A program made the position numbers and the translations under genes. DNA of 64,000 nt. Origin: a virus. The stretch spans positions 5,687-69,686 of IMG/VR virus record IMGVR_UViG_3300037156_000148; one strand, written 5' to 3'. Position 1 is the first letter of the stretch, and each line of letters opens with the position of its first letter. The notes under the pieces are model-generated. The model saw nothing but the letters and a program-made list of their open reading frames with translations. It was not told the DNA's origin and ran no database searches. Positions 36,622 to 46,414 of this stretch are shown here, piece after piece.

Positions 36622-37939
36622 TATCAGGTGTTTCCCCGCATTCAGGGCAATCTATCATGCACTTGTCAAAAAGTCGTTCTATGTAGCCATTTATGCAGTT
36701 AATATCTGTAGTAGAGGCTGCAATGATCCCATTCAGCTCTCGCCACTGGTTATATACTTCCTGTTTTTCTTTTAGATCACACCCATGCAAAGTGCTGATT
36801 ATCTTCTTTTCTAAGCATCTCCATGTATTTGTGTATAGCAACGTGTTAATAGTTTCCGTTGCTAACAGGCATTCCGATGAATAAGGCGTGGCGTACACGT
36901 TGAATACTATCTTATATATGCCATCAGGGATGCGAGAATACAATCCAAAGCCAAGATTCTGAGGCGTAATGATTGCCGTATTATTGGCAGCATTTGGCAC
37001 ATATCCGAGATCAAAAGCTACGGTATTGCCGTCCGGCGTTGTCACCACAAATTCAGTCCTTGATACATCGGCATATGCAGGGTTTGGTGTACCATAGCCA
37101 CCAAGATTATCCGTAGCATATCCAAAAGTTTGATCTACAAAGGTCAAAATCCTGCTATCCGGGTCTTGAAGGAATACTACGTTTGCCTTTAATCCGCTTG
37201 GCAGTACCGTTCCGCAGCATGGCATTACAAAAGGTATCTGTAATGGCGAGCAGGTAATGGCATTGTCAGTGACAATAGTATATTTTAACTGATAGGTCGT
37301 ATTGCCTGTAAATCCCGTCAGTGCGAAATTGGCTGCGGTCAGGCAGATAGAAGCAAAAGGAGCCGCCGTTGGTCTGTATGTAGTAGTGTATGGGCTTCCT
37401 AGTGTCGCACCCATGCTATCCAAGAGCGTGAAGGTGACTTGGATTATATTGATGATCGCAGGGAAGTTAGGTGGGCCATACCCGTTCGGATTGATGACCC
37501 CGACGCCTCCCGAAGTTACCCCTGTGACATCAGTGAAGTTCAAACATTGCCTATCACAGTCAAACATCAATAAGCCGTCTATTACCGCAGTTATACCCGC
37601 ACACGTCTGTTGCCCACAGTTCTCATTGGTAGCCGCTATTGAGCGCGCCACATCTGAGAAAAGTATCTGTGCTGACATGGTATCAGGCGTTGATTCCGAT
37701 ACGCAGTTTGTTGATATATTTAGATATGATAGCCCTGTTTCGTGATTTGTGTCGTATTCTGCCAACCAAAGGTATGCGGGCAGTACAGATTGTAACCAAA
37801 CTAAGATAAGGGGCGTATTCTGACGAGATAGAATAAAAGGAAGTGGTGGCGTATAAACAATGCCATTGACCGTGACAGAAACTAATGTGTCCCTGTTTTC
37901 GACATGTTCAATTGGAATAGTATAATTGTATAGAGCCAC
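36602..37939 (-). CDS. Tail hub/fibre-attachment-like protein with an internal duplication
   Basis: Two similar modules (FTDVTG..NPNGYGPPN / FVDQT..NLGGYGTPN), IPDGIYKI, Cys-rich C-terminus. Confidence 0.55.
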   Translation of the reverse strand: MALYNYTIPIEHVENRDTLVSVTVNGIVYTPPLPFILSRQNTPLILVWLQSVLPAYLWLAEYDTNHETGLSYLNISTNCVSESTPDTMSAQILFSDVARSIAATNENCGQQTCAGITAVIDGLLMFDCDRQCLNFTDVTGVTSGGVGVINPNGYGPPNFPAIINIIQVTFTLLDSMGATLGSPYTTTYRPTAAPFASICLTAANFALTGFTGNTTYQLKYTIVTDNAITCSPLQIPFVMPCCGTVLPSGLKANVVFLQDPDSRILTFVDQTFGYATDNLGGYGTPNPAYADVSRTEFVVTTPDGNTVAFDLGYVPNAANNTAIITPQNLGFGLYSRIPDGIYKIVFNVYATPYSSECLLATETINTLLYTNTWRCLEKKIISTLHGCDLKEKQEVYNQWRELNGIIAASTTDINCINGYIERLFDKCMIDCPECGETPDNDRHNG

Positions 37940-37999
37940 TTTGGGGTATTTTCTCTACACTATCTGACACTATCTTGCCACAAATATAATAAACTTACT

Positions 38000-40900
38000 T
38001 TAAAACCCTGCCGTCTTTTTTGCTATATCTATTGGGTAGTGTGGTATGCCTGCCGCTTCGGTCGTAAAGTTGATGAAATCCTTTATGGCTTTCTTTTGTT
38101 TTGATCCATCTGTAATAGCATGAAATCCATCAGCAAGTGTAGTCCCTCCGTCCGTTACAATCTCAAAAGGAGCATATGAAAAGTCCCTGCCATACACGCC
38201 TGACTTGTATTTTGAGTACACCAAATCAACCACTGGTGCGGCGGCGGGTATGTTATTGAACAGACTTTTTGTAAACTCACCCTGCCATTCATCTTCGGGC
38301 TTATGTAGAGCCAGGGTAGCGGCACTACCAAGTAGCGCAAGCCTGCCCGTTGCGATAGTAGCTGATAATGCAGCATTGGTCACAAATACGTTCATGGCCT
38401 GAGTAGCCATCTTATTCAGGTTTTCTCTTGAGGGATCAGAAATGTAGTCTATGACCCGTGAGTGAAAACCATTAAATGCCGCTATCTTCTGAGTGCCGAA
38501 TAAACTTAGTGATTTGGATAAAACGTCGTTCTGTGTAGCCAACATTGACCTGTGACCGTCATCTGAGCTATGCTGTGATTCCGTGATAGCCTGAGTGTAC
38601 AAGTCCCCTACGCGCTCCCTGAATTTTGGCATTGTCGCGCCATAGTCAAAAAGCCCTTCGTCATTTGCCATCATCTTGGCTGCCGTGTAATACATGGCTC
38701 CAATAGCCTTGTCCGGTGTTTGAACGTTCTTCAAAAGGTCATTTCTATTGATTTGAAACCTATCACTTCCGAATACCTTTTTAAGTCCCTTGTTCAATAC
38801 ATCAATAGACTTACTATCCGATGTCTGCATGAATCTTTGAAGCTCGCTACTGCCGTAAGTATTTCTGTATAGGGCGTAAGGTATGCGCTCATTCATTTCA
38901 TCATAAATGGCTACGTTCTTTTTGTCTTTGCCCCACCAATCGGTGAACATATCATAGTTAGCTATGTCTTTGCCCATACTACTGAAAATGACACTTTTGG
39001 CTCGGAATAGGTATTTTGCGGGAAGAGTATTTACAGCCAAAGGGATAGCTGTCATTTGTTCGGCTGATACAAAAGGGTTCATTCCTATCTTTGATAAGAT
39101 GAAATTTGCCATCATTCCTTTGCCTGTCTTACCTAGCACCCCTTCGCTTTGCGGGTTAAACACGTTTTTCTTATAGTCCACCCACCACTGCGTCTTATGC
39201 TCTAAGCCCAAATCCTTTATTAGTTGCTCGTTTGCCCTTAGAAAATTATCAACATTCCGCATAGGGATAGTCCATGCTGCATACTTAGAGTTGCCATCCC
39301 TGTAACTTTGCATGGTTTCATAGAAGTCCCCTGCACTCATTTTGACATTTTCGGATGGGGAATATGTTTTGTGAGAGGCTATATCGTTGATCCACTTGTT
39401 TCGGTTCGTCTTATCCATTATGATATTCTCGTCACCGGCCACCGTGTGCGGGTAATAGAATCCTTTCTCTTTCTTCTCGACTTTCACTTTTTGTAGGCCT
39501 TCCGGCAAGCCTGACTGATTTTCTTCTTCGCCACCGTCTTTTGCTACAACTGCCAATTCCCTGCCGTTCTCCAATTTAAAGACACGGTTTACAAAAGTTA
39601 GCAGATGGTTTGACCCTTTCACCCATGTATCTTTTATTTGGTCAAGGTGTGGCGCAAATTCAGCCTCCATTTCCTTGTGGTCATTATAAGAAATCAATAC
39701 CTCTTTAGCATCCCTTCCCTCTATTTGACGCTTAAAAACAAAGGTCATGCCCTGCTTTTCGGGAGCTATTATTTGTGAGGCTTCGCCTTTAGTCGGGTCT
39801 GTTTCCTGTATAGATGTACGCTCCGCTTGTTTAGCATCAGTATCACCTTTCCCATACCACATAGCCGCCGAATTGCCCCTTTGCCCCTGGGCGTATATGT
39901 CAAGCCTCTCCGATGTGGTCACGGGTACACCTGCGATAAGTCTTGTTTCCAGTTCTGTTATCTTAGCATTTGGATTAGACGCGGCACTTCCTTTTCTTAA
40001 CCAGTCCGATTCATACAGTGTTTTTACCGCCCTGTCAAATGAGTTCTTATATGTCGCCTCCCTGCCAGTTGACCCATCTGCCCCCGTCATGCCACTTACT
40101 ATCTTATTGAGAAGCCCCTCGTTCAACCCTGTGAAGTTTTTAGCCCATCCGTTAAGATGTTCGGTAAGCCCCAAAACAGATTTATCAAATTTGTCGTATA
40201 GTTTTAACAGTGACGGGTGATCGCCTATCTTTTCAAGTATGCGTTTACGGAAGGTGGAAATGTCGGCTCCGCTTGCTTTGACTTGATCTTTGGATATTTT
40301 TGTTTTTTCATCCAACAAAACATCATCTTTGACGGAATCCAAATAAGCCTTTTGATAATAATGCTCAATCATATTATCATACATCTTCCTAAACTCTTTT
40401 GAGTAAACAGGTTCTCCGTCTTCTTTGGTAGCTCTCATGTCAAGCCTACCCTCATTGACTATCTGACTAGCCATAGCCTCAATATCATTGGCAAACTTAT
40501 TGCTCTCCAATATTGCCTTTGCGGGTTTTAAGTCAAGTGTGAAGTTTTTATCATTAGGGTTGCCTTCACGCCGAGAAGATGTTGTTTCTATGATACTATC
40601 CAACTTGGTAGAGAGATAGCTTCTTATTGCTTCCCTAGGCGTTACATTGGGGTTATTTGCTTCAATAGCACTTTGTACAGCACCGCCTATTCCTTGTCTT
40701 AGTCCACGCTCCTGATTAAATCCCACTTGGAATATAGGTTCCGTAGATACCCCCTCTGAGTGAGGGATAAATTTATATAGGTCGTTTTGCGGTACTGTGC
40801 CGTTTACTTCAAATCCTGTCAGTGTGGTACTGCCTTCAATGTCTGCCGTCTGTTCGCGGGTAAGTTGATCGGCTGCCCCTTCCTGTGCCAATTTATTGTA

Positions 40901-41623
40901 TATCCTGCCGGACAGATTCTCCAAACTTTCATACTGAAATCCGTCAGGTATTTTTGCCTTTGTGGTATTCTCTATATGCTTTTTTGCAGCATCGAAAAGT
41001 TTATCAGTCCACATTTCTTTAGGTATGTTCTCTAAAGGATGCTCTGAAATATCGGCTATATATTTTGACGCTACCGATTCAAGTATTTCCTTTTCACCTT
41101 TTGCGCCCCCGTCTATGGCACGTTGTATGCCTGCCCCGTCCTGCTTTGCCAGTTCTAAGCCTTGCTGATATATGTCGGCAGCAAAGGTTTTAGCCCAATC
41201 GAGCCATGACTTACCCGCCTCGTGTACTTTGGTAGCCGTGGTCATATCCATACCTGCCACATCTTTTAGTCCTACCTTACCGAGAGTGCCATCTACCCAT
41301 TGCTTAGTAGGCTCTGATATAGGTGTAGAATGAGGCGGTTCTTTTGCTATCCTACCATCTTCCTGTTGGAGCTTATTGATGTCCCTTACGTGCTTTGCTA
41401 TATTGAAAGCGTCAATAGTCTTAGAGTCAATGGAGGGATTTGCTTCTTTATAAGATTCCTTTATGTAGGGCGCGAGGTGTGCTAGTTGCTGTTTTGTGCG
41501 CTCACCCCCTTCAATAAAATAGCGAATTTGTTTTGGCAATGTATCATACCCCGCCTCAGAGAGTACTTTTGTATATTCCTCTGCCTTCGATTTTAGTTCG
41601 TCCGGTGTTAAACACTTTGCCAT
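38000..41623 (-). CDS. Large virion cargo/ejection protein (~1207 aa)
   Basis: Likely start MAKCLTP (TAATG overlap); helical, amphipathic C-terminus typical of podovirus ejection proteins. Confidence 0.65.
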   Translation of the reverse strand: MAKCLTPDELKSKAEEYTKVLSEAGYDTLPKQIRYFIEGGERTKQQLAHLAPYIKESYKEANPSIDSKTIDAFNIAKHVRDINKLQQEDGRIAKEPPHSTPISEPTKQWVDGTLGKVGLKDVAGMDMTTATKVHEAGKSWLDWAKTFAADIYQQGLELAKQDGAGIQRAIDGGAKGEKEILESVASKYIADISEHPLENIPKEMWTDKLFDAAKKHIENTTKAKIPDGFQYESLENLSGRIYNKLAQEGAADQLTREQTADIEGSTTLTGFEVNGTVPQNDLYKFIPHSEGVSTEPIFQVGFNQERGLRQGIGGAVQSAIEANNPNVTPREAIRSYLSTKLDSIIETTSSRREGNPNDKNFTLDLKPAKAILESNKFANDIEAMASQIVNEGRLDMRATKEDGEPVYSKEFRKMYDNMIEHYYQKAYLDSVKDDVLLDEKTKISKDQVKASGADISTFRKRILEKIGDHPSLLKLYDKFDKSVLGLTEHLNGWAKNFTGLNEGLLNKIVSGMTGADGSTGREATYKNSFDRAVKTLYESDWLRKGSAASNPNAKITELETRLIAGVPVTTSERLDIYAQGQRGNSAAMWYGKGDTDAKQAERTSIQETDPTKGEASQIIAPEKQGMTFVFKRQIEGRDAKEVLISYNDHKEMEAEFAPHLDQIKDTWVKGSNHLLTFVNRVFKLENGRELAVVAKDGGEEENQSGLPEGLQKVKVEKKEKGFYYPHTVAGDENIIMDKTNRNKWINDIASHKTYSPSENVKMSAGDFYETMQSYRDGNSKYAAWTIPMRNVDNFLRANEQLIKDLGLEHKTQWWVDYKKNVFNPQSEGVLGKTGKGMMANFILSKIGMNPFVSAEQMTAIPLAVNTLPAKYLFRAKSVIFSSMGKDIANYDMFTDWWGKDKKNVAIYDEMNERIPYALYRNTYGSSELQRFMQTSDSKSIDVLNKGLKKVFGSDRFQINRNDLLKNVQTPDKAIGAMYYTAAKMMANDEGLFDYGATMPKFRERVGDLYTQAITESQHSSDDGHRSMLATQNDVLSKSLSLFGTQKIAAFNGFHSRVIDYISDPSRENLNKMATQAMNVFVTNAALSATIATGRLALLGSAATLALHKPEDEWQGEFTKSLFNNIPAAAPVVDLVYSKYKSGVYGRDFSYAPFEIVTDGGTTLADGFHAITDGSKQKKAIKDFINFTTEAAGIPHYPIDIAKKTAGF

Positions 41624-41727
41624 TACCAATCTTCTGTTTCGTTTGTAATACTATGATCGGTATTTAAAATATCGTCATAGTTGTCATCCGCCGTTGGCAC
41701 TTCTATTTCACATTCATCATCATCCAT
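41623..41727 (-). CDS. 34-aa acidic peptide
   Basis: MDDDECEIEVPTADDNYDDILNTDHSITNETEDW; overlaps the ATP-grasp stop and the next start (TAATG). Confidence 0.6.
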   Translation of the reverse strand: MDDDECEIEVPTADDNYDDILNTDHSITNETEDW

Positions 41728-42994
41728 TGCTGAATAATTTAATGCCAAATTTAGTCAATTTATCCATCTCTTCCTGCGCCTTGCCCATAGTCTCTAAACT
41801 AATAACCAGTTGATGCGCCTCAATCTGTTCTGCATTTTTCTTCACATGCTCCAATGCTTCCTCCAAAGTATTGCCAAGTCCTATGACAGCCCCGATTACA
41901 TTTGTAGGGAAACTTTGTGGTGCGATATAGTATGTATCTTTTATTCTTACTGCATTCATCAACTTTACAAACTGCTTTATTTCGTCAGGGAAATAAACAG
42001 GCAGCCAATTATCCTGCGCCCACTCCGAATACATCATTATTTCTACTCCCCATTTAGCAGCCGGTATCGGATCAATAACTTTGCCTTCGCTACCGTACCA
42101 TATTATTTCAGCAAGGTTGCTATATAGTTCCTGACAAAGCTCTGTGGGGGGAGACGGACAGCGCATTGTGCCGTCTATCATGTATGCCTTTTTATCCTCT
42201 CCAACCCTTATTTCGGTTGAAAAAAATCCCCTGTACCCGTACCCCTTGAATGTGTCTGAAATCTTAGTGTTGAACTCCGTAACCTCTTTTGGGATGTCTT
42301 TATATTCGCGCATTTCCCCCACATATCCGAGGTCTTTAACCTCGATACCTACAACGGATTTAGACGGATATTTGCCGTCAATAGTATATCCATCGTAGCC
42401 GATTTCGACCTTGTTATCGAGCTTATGATCTACGATAAATTCAGTTATATATTTTAATGGCCCCATTTCATGCTCAATAGCATCCAGTTTGGGCTCTATC
42501 ATTTTATAGTTTGGAGAATTGAACGTTTCAAAGTGTCCGCGCCATTGCGATATTTTTACATAGACATCTTCGTTCTTTTTTAGGTACTCACGCAAGGCAT
42601 CCATACCCGTAACAACTTCATATTTACCAACAGGCAAGCCAAGTTTATTCATGTGCTTCTTCATGCGGTCACGGTCTATCTCCATATCTTCTCCCGTTCT
42701 ACTGCCCCATACCCGCTTACCGAGAGATTCAATGTGTTCCTGTAAGTCCCCAAAATACACACATGGGAATACAAAAATATCGACTTCATCAAAATGCTCC
42801 CAGATAGAATTTACGCGGGTGATATTAGGCATACCATATCCGATCATCCCTTTGTTCATCTTTGGATATGGTTCTTCCCATACTGTGTAGTATAGGACTT
42901 CTTTGAATGATTCGCCAAGTTTCGATGCCAGCTCTAAAAACATGCCATCATCTATGACCATGCAAACCTTATCTTTGATATTGTCCTTGGTCAT
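41720..42994 (-). CDS. PurD/GARS-like ATP-grasp ligase
   Basis: GKRVWGS..MEIDR..KKHM..LGLPV, VYVK, VEIGYDG, GYRGFFSTEIRV..YMIDGTMRCPSP, VIGLGNTLEEA follow the PurD fold order. Confidence 0.75.
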   Translation of the reverse strand: MTKDNIKDKVCMVIDDGMFLELASKLGESFKEVLYYTVWEEPYPKMNKGMIGYGMPNITRVNSIWEHFDEVDIFVFPCVYFGDLQEHIESLGKRVWGSRTGEDMEIDRDRMKKHMNKLGLPVGKYEVVTGMDALREYLKKNEDVYVKISQWRGHFETFNSPNYKMIEPKLDAIEHEMGPLKYITEFIVDHKLDNKVEIGYDGYTIDGKYPSKSVVGIEVKDLGYVGEMREYKDIPKEVTEFNTKISDTFKGYGYRGFFSTEIRVGEDKKAYMIDGTMRCPSPPTELCQELYSNLAEIIWYGSEGKVIDPIPAAKWGVEIMMYSEWAQDNWLPVYFPDEIKQFVKLMNAVRIKDTYYIAPQSFPTNVIGAVIGLGNTLEEALEHVKKNAEQIEAHQLVISLETMGKAQEEMDKLTKFGIKLFSNG

Positions 42995-43248
42995 ATTCCA
43001 AATTTATCAGAACGGGGTTTGCGCTCCCTACGAGTAATAGTTGGTTCTATCTGAGGACGCTCTTTAGGCTTGGCAGCATGAAGTGCAGCGTGGTTCTTAT
43101 TGACATGGTGCATCAGCTTTTTTCTTGATTCAGGTTCTATATTGGCAAATCTCTGATTAATAAAATTCTCCATTTTATCATCGCCAAGATAATCCTTCAT
43201 GGCAACCAAGTATTCCATACTGGTTTGTATTTTTTGCTTTTTATCCAT
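42991..43248 (-). CDS. Hypothetical 85-aa protein with basic C-terminus
   Basis: ATGA-coupled to the ATP-grasp gene. Confidence 0.6.
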   Translation of the reverse strand: MDKKQKIQTSMEYLVAMKDYLGDDKMENFINQRFANIEPESRKKLMHHVNKNHAALHAAKPKERPQIEPTITRRERKPRSDKFGI

Positions 43249-43249
43249 A

Positions 43250-46200
43250 TCAGAAAGGACAATTTTCGTCCTCGGTTTCTTTTGAAGTAGCTAAGTTATC
43301 TAATTCTTTCTTAGCTTCACCAACTTTCTTTTCTGCCACTTCTTCTGGATGTTCAGCCTCCCATTTCGCTTTTCGCTCGCCTTCCCTGTTATGCTCATCC
43401 TGTACCTTTGCTTCCGCCCTTTCGGGGATGGACTTTATTATATTCCCATTAGAATCACTGAAATCCTCTTTTAGTCCCGCCACCATGCTACTTTGCTTCT
43501 CATGGCTATGGGTAACATCAAGTATTATATTTTGCGCCTCATTCTGGTCTATTGGGTCATGTCCGCTATCCTCCCATTGGCGTTTCAAGTCCCCTGCAAG
43601 TTGGTCTAATGTTTTGGTTACTTTGGTTTCTGTGTCTTTGGTGCTATGGAATAGCCACCTTCGGTTTCTAAACTCGGCAGGATCTTCTACTTCGCCACGT
43701 ATATTTTTTTGTTTTGTGTATCCGGTGTCCTTTCTTATTTGCTCGGTGTCCTCTAGTTTACCAAAGTGCTTAAAATTCTTATTGATGCCAATAAAATATT
43801 GCATTACCAATTGACTAAAGGTTTCTGGCTCTGCGGCTGTAAGCTGCTGTATTTCGGTCCCTTTATCTTTTTTAGATTCGGGATTTTCTTTAGGACTATT
43901 TTTTGCCGCTATTGCATCAAGATCGTCAGCTAAATCAGATAGCGCATCAGACAATACCTCGTCTTTTTCAATTTCGGGTATATCTTCTTCTATTGATTTG
44001 GTAAGGGATTCTTTTTGTTCGGGAGTATATTTATCATGAGTTTCGGTAACGTCCTTTTGGAGTTGCTCTTCGGGCGAAACTTGACGTGCTTCGGGAGGCT
44101 CTTCCTGTGCGATAGGTGCTGGATTTTCAGTTGCCGAGGATTTCTCGGTATCTTCTTTTGGTGCTTTTAAATTATGGCTATACTTTGAGTTATCCACCGC
44201 TTCATTGCCGTCTACGATTTCCGTATGCTTAGTTCCATCTTCGGGTTGAAAGTAATGCTCTTTTTGTGGTTCTTCACCCGGCAATGAGTTATCCCTTTCT
44301 GCAATAGTACCTTTACCAAGTTGGCTATGTGTAACCGATTCACCGACCAAATCCTTATACCTGACACCGTTTCCATCAGGTGTTTTCCCCTCTTTAGCTT
44401 TAGCCCTTGCCTCCCTGTCAAATCCCTCCATAAGCGGGGCTATATCGGCATTAGTCTTATAGTCGTGTTTCTGTCCACTTATTTCATTCAGCTTTTGGCG
44501 TATGTCCTTAAACTTTCCCGTAGCCGTAGTCTCTGTGATATGCTTGTTTATCTCGGTGTGCTTTTCAATATTATTTGTCCAAGCATCATAGCCGTCTGCT
44601 ACTCGCGCCTGTAATGCTGAAATAGCGGGGGTGTTATTGGGGTCGGTTTGCTTCAATGATCTTAGTTGCTCCACCAGTCCCCCGTTATCTTTAGCCTGTG
44701 GATCAGGATTAGCAGGATGACTAAAGTCATGTATATCCTTTTCTATCTTTGGTTTCTCATTATTTTGGTAGTTATAGACATCATATGATGCCTCGGCAGT
44801 TACTTTATCACCGTTTATATCTTTCAAAGTAGCCGATGTTTCAGCCATTTTGTCTATCAAACCCTTCTTTGCGGGTTGCGCCTGTACTTCCGGCTGTCCT
44901 TCGGCGGCAGGTTTGCCCTCTACGGCAGGTGTACCCACCAATTCCGCGTGTTGTTCGGCAGTCATTTTGCCCTGTTTAAGCAATATGTCAGCCATTTTAT
45001 GCACCTTACCTACACCTTCCTGTGCCTTGCCTCCCCTTATTTTGCCATCAAGGTATCCGTATAATGACTGATTGACCATAGGTGTATTGAACATTCCCAT
45101 TCCCATGCCTATCATAGCCCCATAGATACCGTTTTGGGTGTCATCTATGAAGGAGTTTTTATTGACTTTGTACCCGAATAGGGATGGGCCTGCGCCTGAT
45201 GGATCATTTTCATCCACAATTTCCTTTGCGCCAAACTTACCTTTGCCCACTTCCTTGCCGTCCCCATACATATTGTCATACATCTGCTCTCCAAACTTCT
45301 GTACCGCCGATTGCATATACATCTGACCAAATTCCTTACCTGCTATTTTCGCAGTCTGCCCATTGACGAGCTTCTTTGCTAATTGAGAAAATGATTTTGT
45401 AGTGGCTTTGACCGTAGTGGCAAAATCCGCTTCTGATAGTGCCTGTCCCTTTACGCGACCCTTCAAACCTTCCAGTAAGCCCTTCTCAGAAAATTCATTT
45501 ACTACTGCACCCTCTGCACCAGGCATCTCACCTGCCAAGTATTTCTCCAACTGTCCTGCTTCTGGGCCTATTGCACCGATACCTCCAAGTACGGTGCCAA
45601 GCACCAATGATAATCTTGCGGCATCTGCGGGGTTAAGTCCTGCGTGTTGAGCTTCTTTATATATCTGTGGAGTAAATAATAGTGATCCTGATGCTGCCTT
45701 TGTCATGACGAGCTTGCTACTTGCCGCCTTGTACAATTGCGTGGCTTTAGCAAGCCCTAATTCGTCCCCTGCGGCAGTTGCTACCTTCACCGCTTCGGCT
45801 GCCTCGGCTACGTCCCCTGCGCCTCCTGTGAGGTATGCTAGGGCTACAAACTGGCCGACCATGCCTACGCCATATCCAAAACCATTGAGTACGCTGCGCG
45901 CATTGGTAAATTGAAATTCTCTGTTTCCCTTTTCATCGGTCTTGAATATTCCCTGATTATGTTCGGGGTCTATGTAAGCTGATGCGTTTTTATCTACCCA
46001 TTCATCTACGCCTTTATCAATGTCATCTATGGTCTGAGAGTGTACGCCTGCTGCATTGGTAAACAAACTAGCTAATGCTGTCGGTGTTTTGAGTAGTGAA
46101 GGCACAAGTCCATTGTACACAGATTTTACCATTTCTATGGGTGCGCTGTCCTCGCTATGTTTTTCGGGAATGTTGTTGCTATATTCAGTAGAAGGGGCAG

Positions 46201-46411
46201 TAAGTCCCTGTACTATTCGTTGTTTTTTGATGAAAGTTTCTGCTGACTTTTTTGCCTCTGCGGGTTTAAACCCTTTCTGAATCATGGTATCATAGCCGCC
46301 TTTTGCAGCTTGATTTATCTTCTGCATAGGATCAGCGGCGGGCGCACCTTGTCCTTGTGGTGGTGCTACCTGTGCATTAGGGTCTGTCGGCGGTGTAGTC
46401 GGTTCTGCCAC
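43250..46411 (-). CDS. Large virion cargo/ejection protein (1053 aa)
   Basis: Gly/Ala-rich membrane-insertion-like helices, acidic linker, crAss-like cargo position. Confidence 0.65.
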   Translation of the reverse strand: MAEPTTPPTDPNAQVAPPQGQGAPAADPMQKINQAAKGGYDTMIQKGFKPAEAKKSAETFIKKQRIVQGLTAPSTEYSNNIPEKHSEDSAPIEMVKSVYNGLVPSLLKTPTALASLFTNAAGVHSQTIDDIDKGVDEWVDKNASAYIDPEHNQGIFKTDEKGNREFQFTNARSVLNGFGYGVGMVGQFVALAYLTGGAGDVAEAAEAVKVATAAGDELGLAKATQLYKAASSKLVMTKAASGSLLFTPQIYKEAQHAGLNPADAARLSLVLGTVLGGIGAIGPEAGQLEKYLAGEMPGAEGAVVNEFSEKGLLEGLKGRVKGQALSEADFATTVKATTKSFSQLAKKLVNGQTAKIAGKEFGQMYMQSAVQKFGEQMYDNMYGDGKEVGKGKFGAKEIVDENDPSGAGPSLFGYKVNKNSFIDDTQNGIYGAMIGMGMGMFNTPMVNQSLYGYLDGKIRGGKAQEGVGKVHKMADILLKQGKMTAEQHAELVGTPAVEGKPAAEGQPEVQAQPAKKGLIDKMAETSATLKDINGDKVTAEASYDVYNYQNNEKPKIEKDIHDFSHPANPDPQAKDNGGLVEQLRSLKQTDPNNTPAISALQARVADGYDAWTNNIEKHTEINKHITETTATGKFKDIRQKLNEISGQKHDYKTNADIAPLMEGFDREARAKAKEGKTPDGNGVRYKDLVGESVTHSQLGKGTIAERDNSLPGEEPQKEHYFQPEDGTKHTEIVDGNEAVDNSKYSHNLKAPKEDTEKSSATENPAPIAQEEPPEARQVSPEEQLQKDVTETHDKYTPEQKESLTKSIEEDIPEIEKDEVLSDALSDLADDLDAIAAKNSPKENPESKKDKGTEIQQLTAAEPETFSQLVMQYFIGINKNFKHFGKLEDTEQIRKDTGYTKQKNIRGEVEDPAEFRNRRWLFHSTKDTETKVTKTLDQLAGDLKRQWEDSGHDPIDQNEAQNIILDVTHSHEKQSSMVAGLKEDFSDSNGNIIKSIPERAEAKVQDEHNREGERKAKWEAEHPEEVAEKKVGEAKKELDNLATSKETEDENCPF

Positions 46412-46414
46412 TTA

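Noticed and set aside
41720-42994. Auxiliary metabolic purD for purine synthesis
   Set aside because: Lacks the canonical PurD N-terminal GxGGREH motif, has no pur neighbours and sits in the virion operon; kept as a PurD-like ligase of unknown function.
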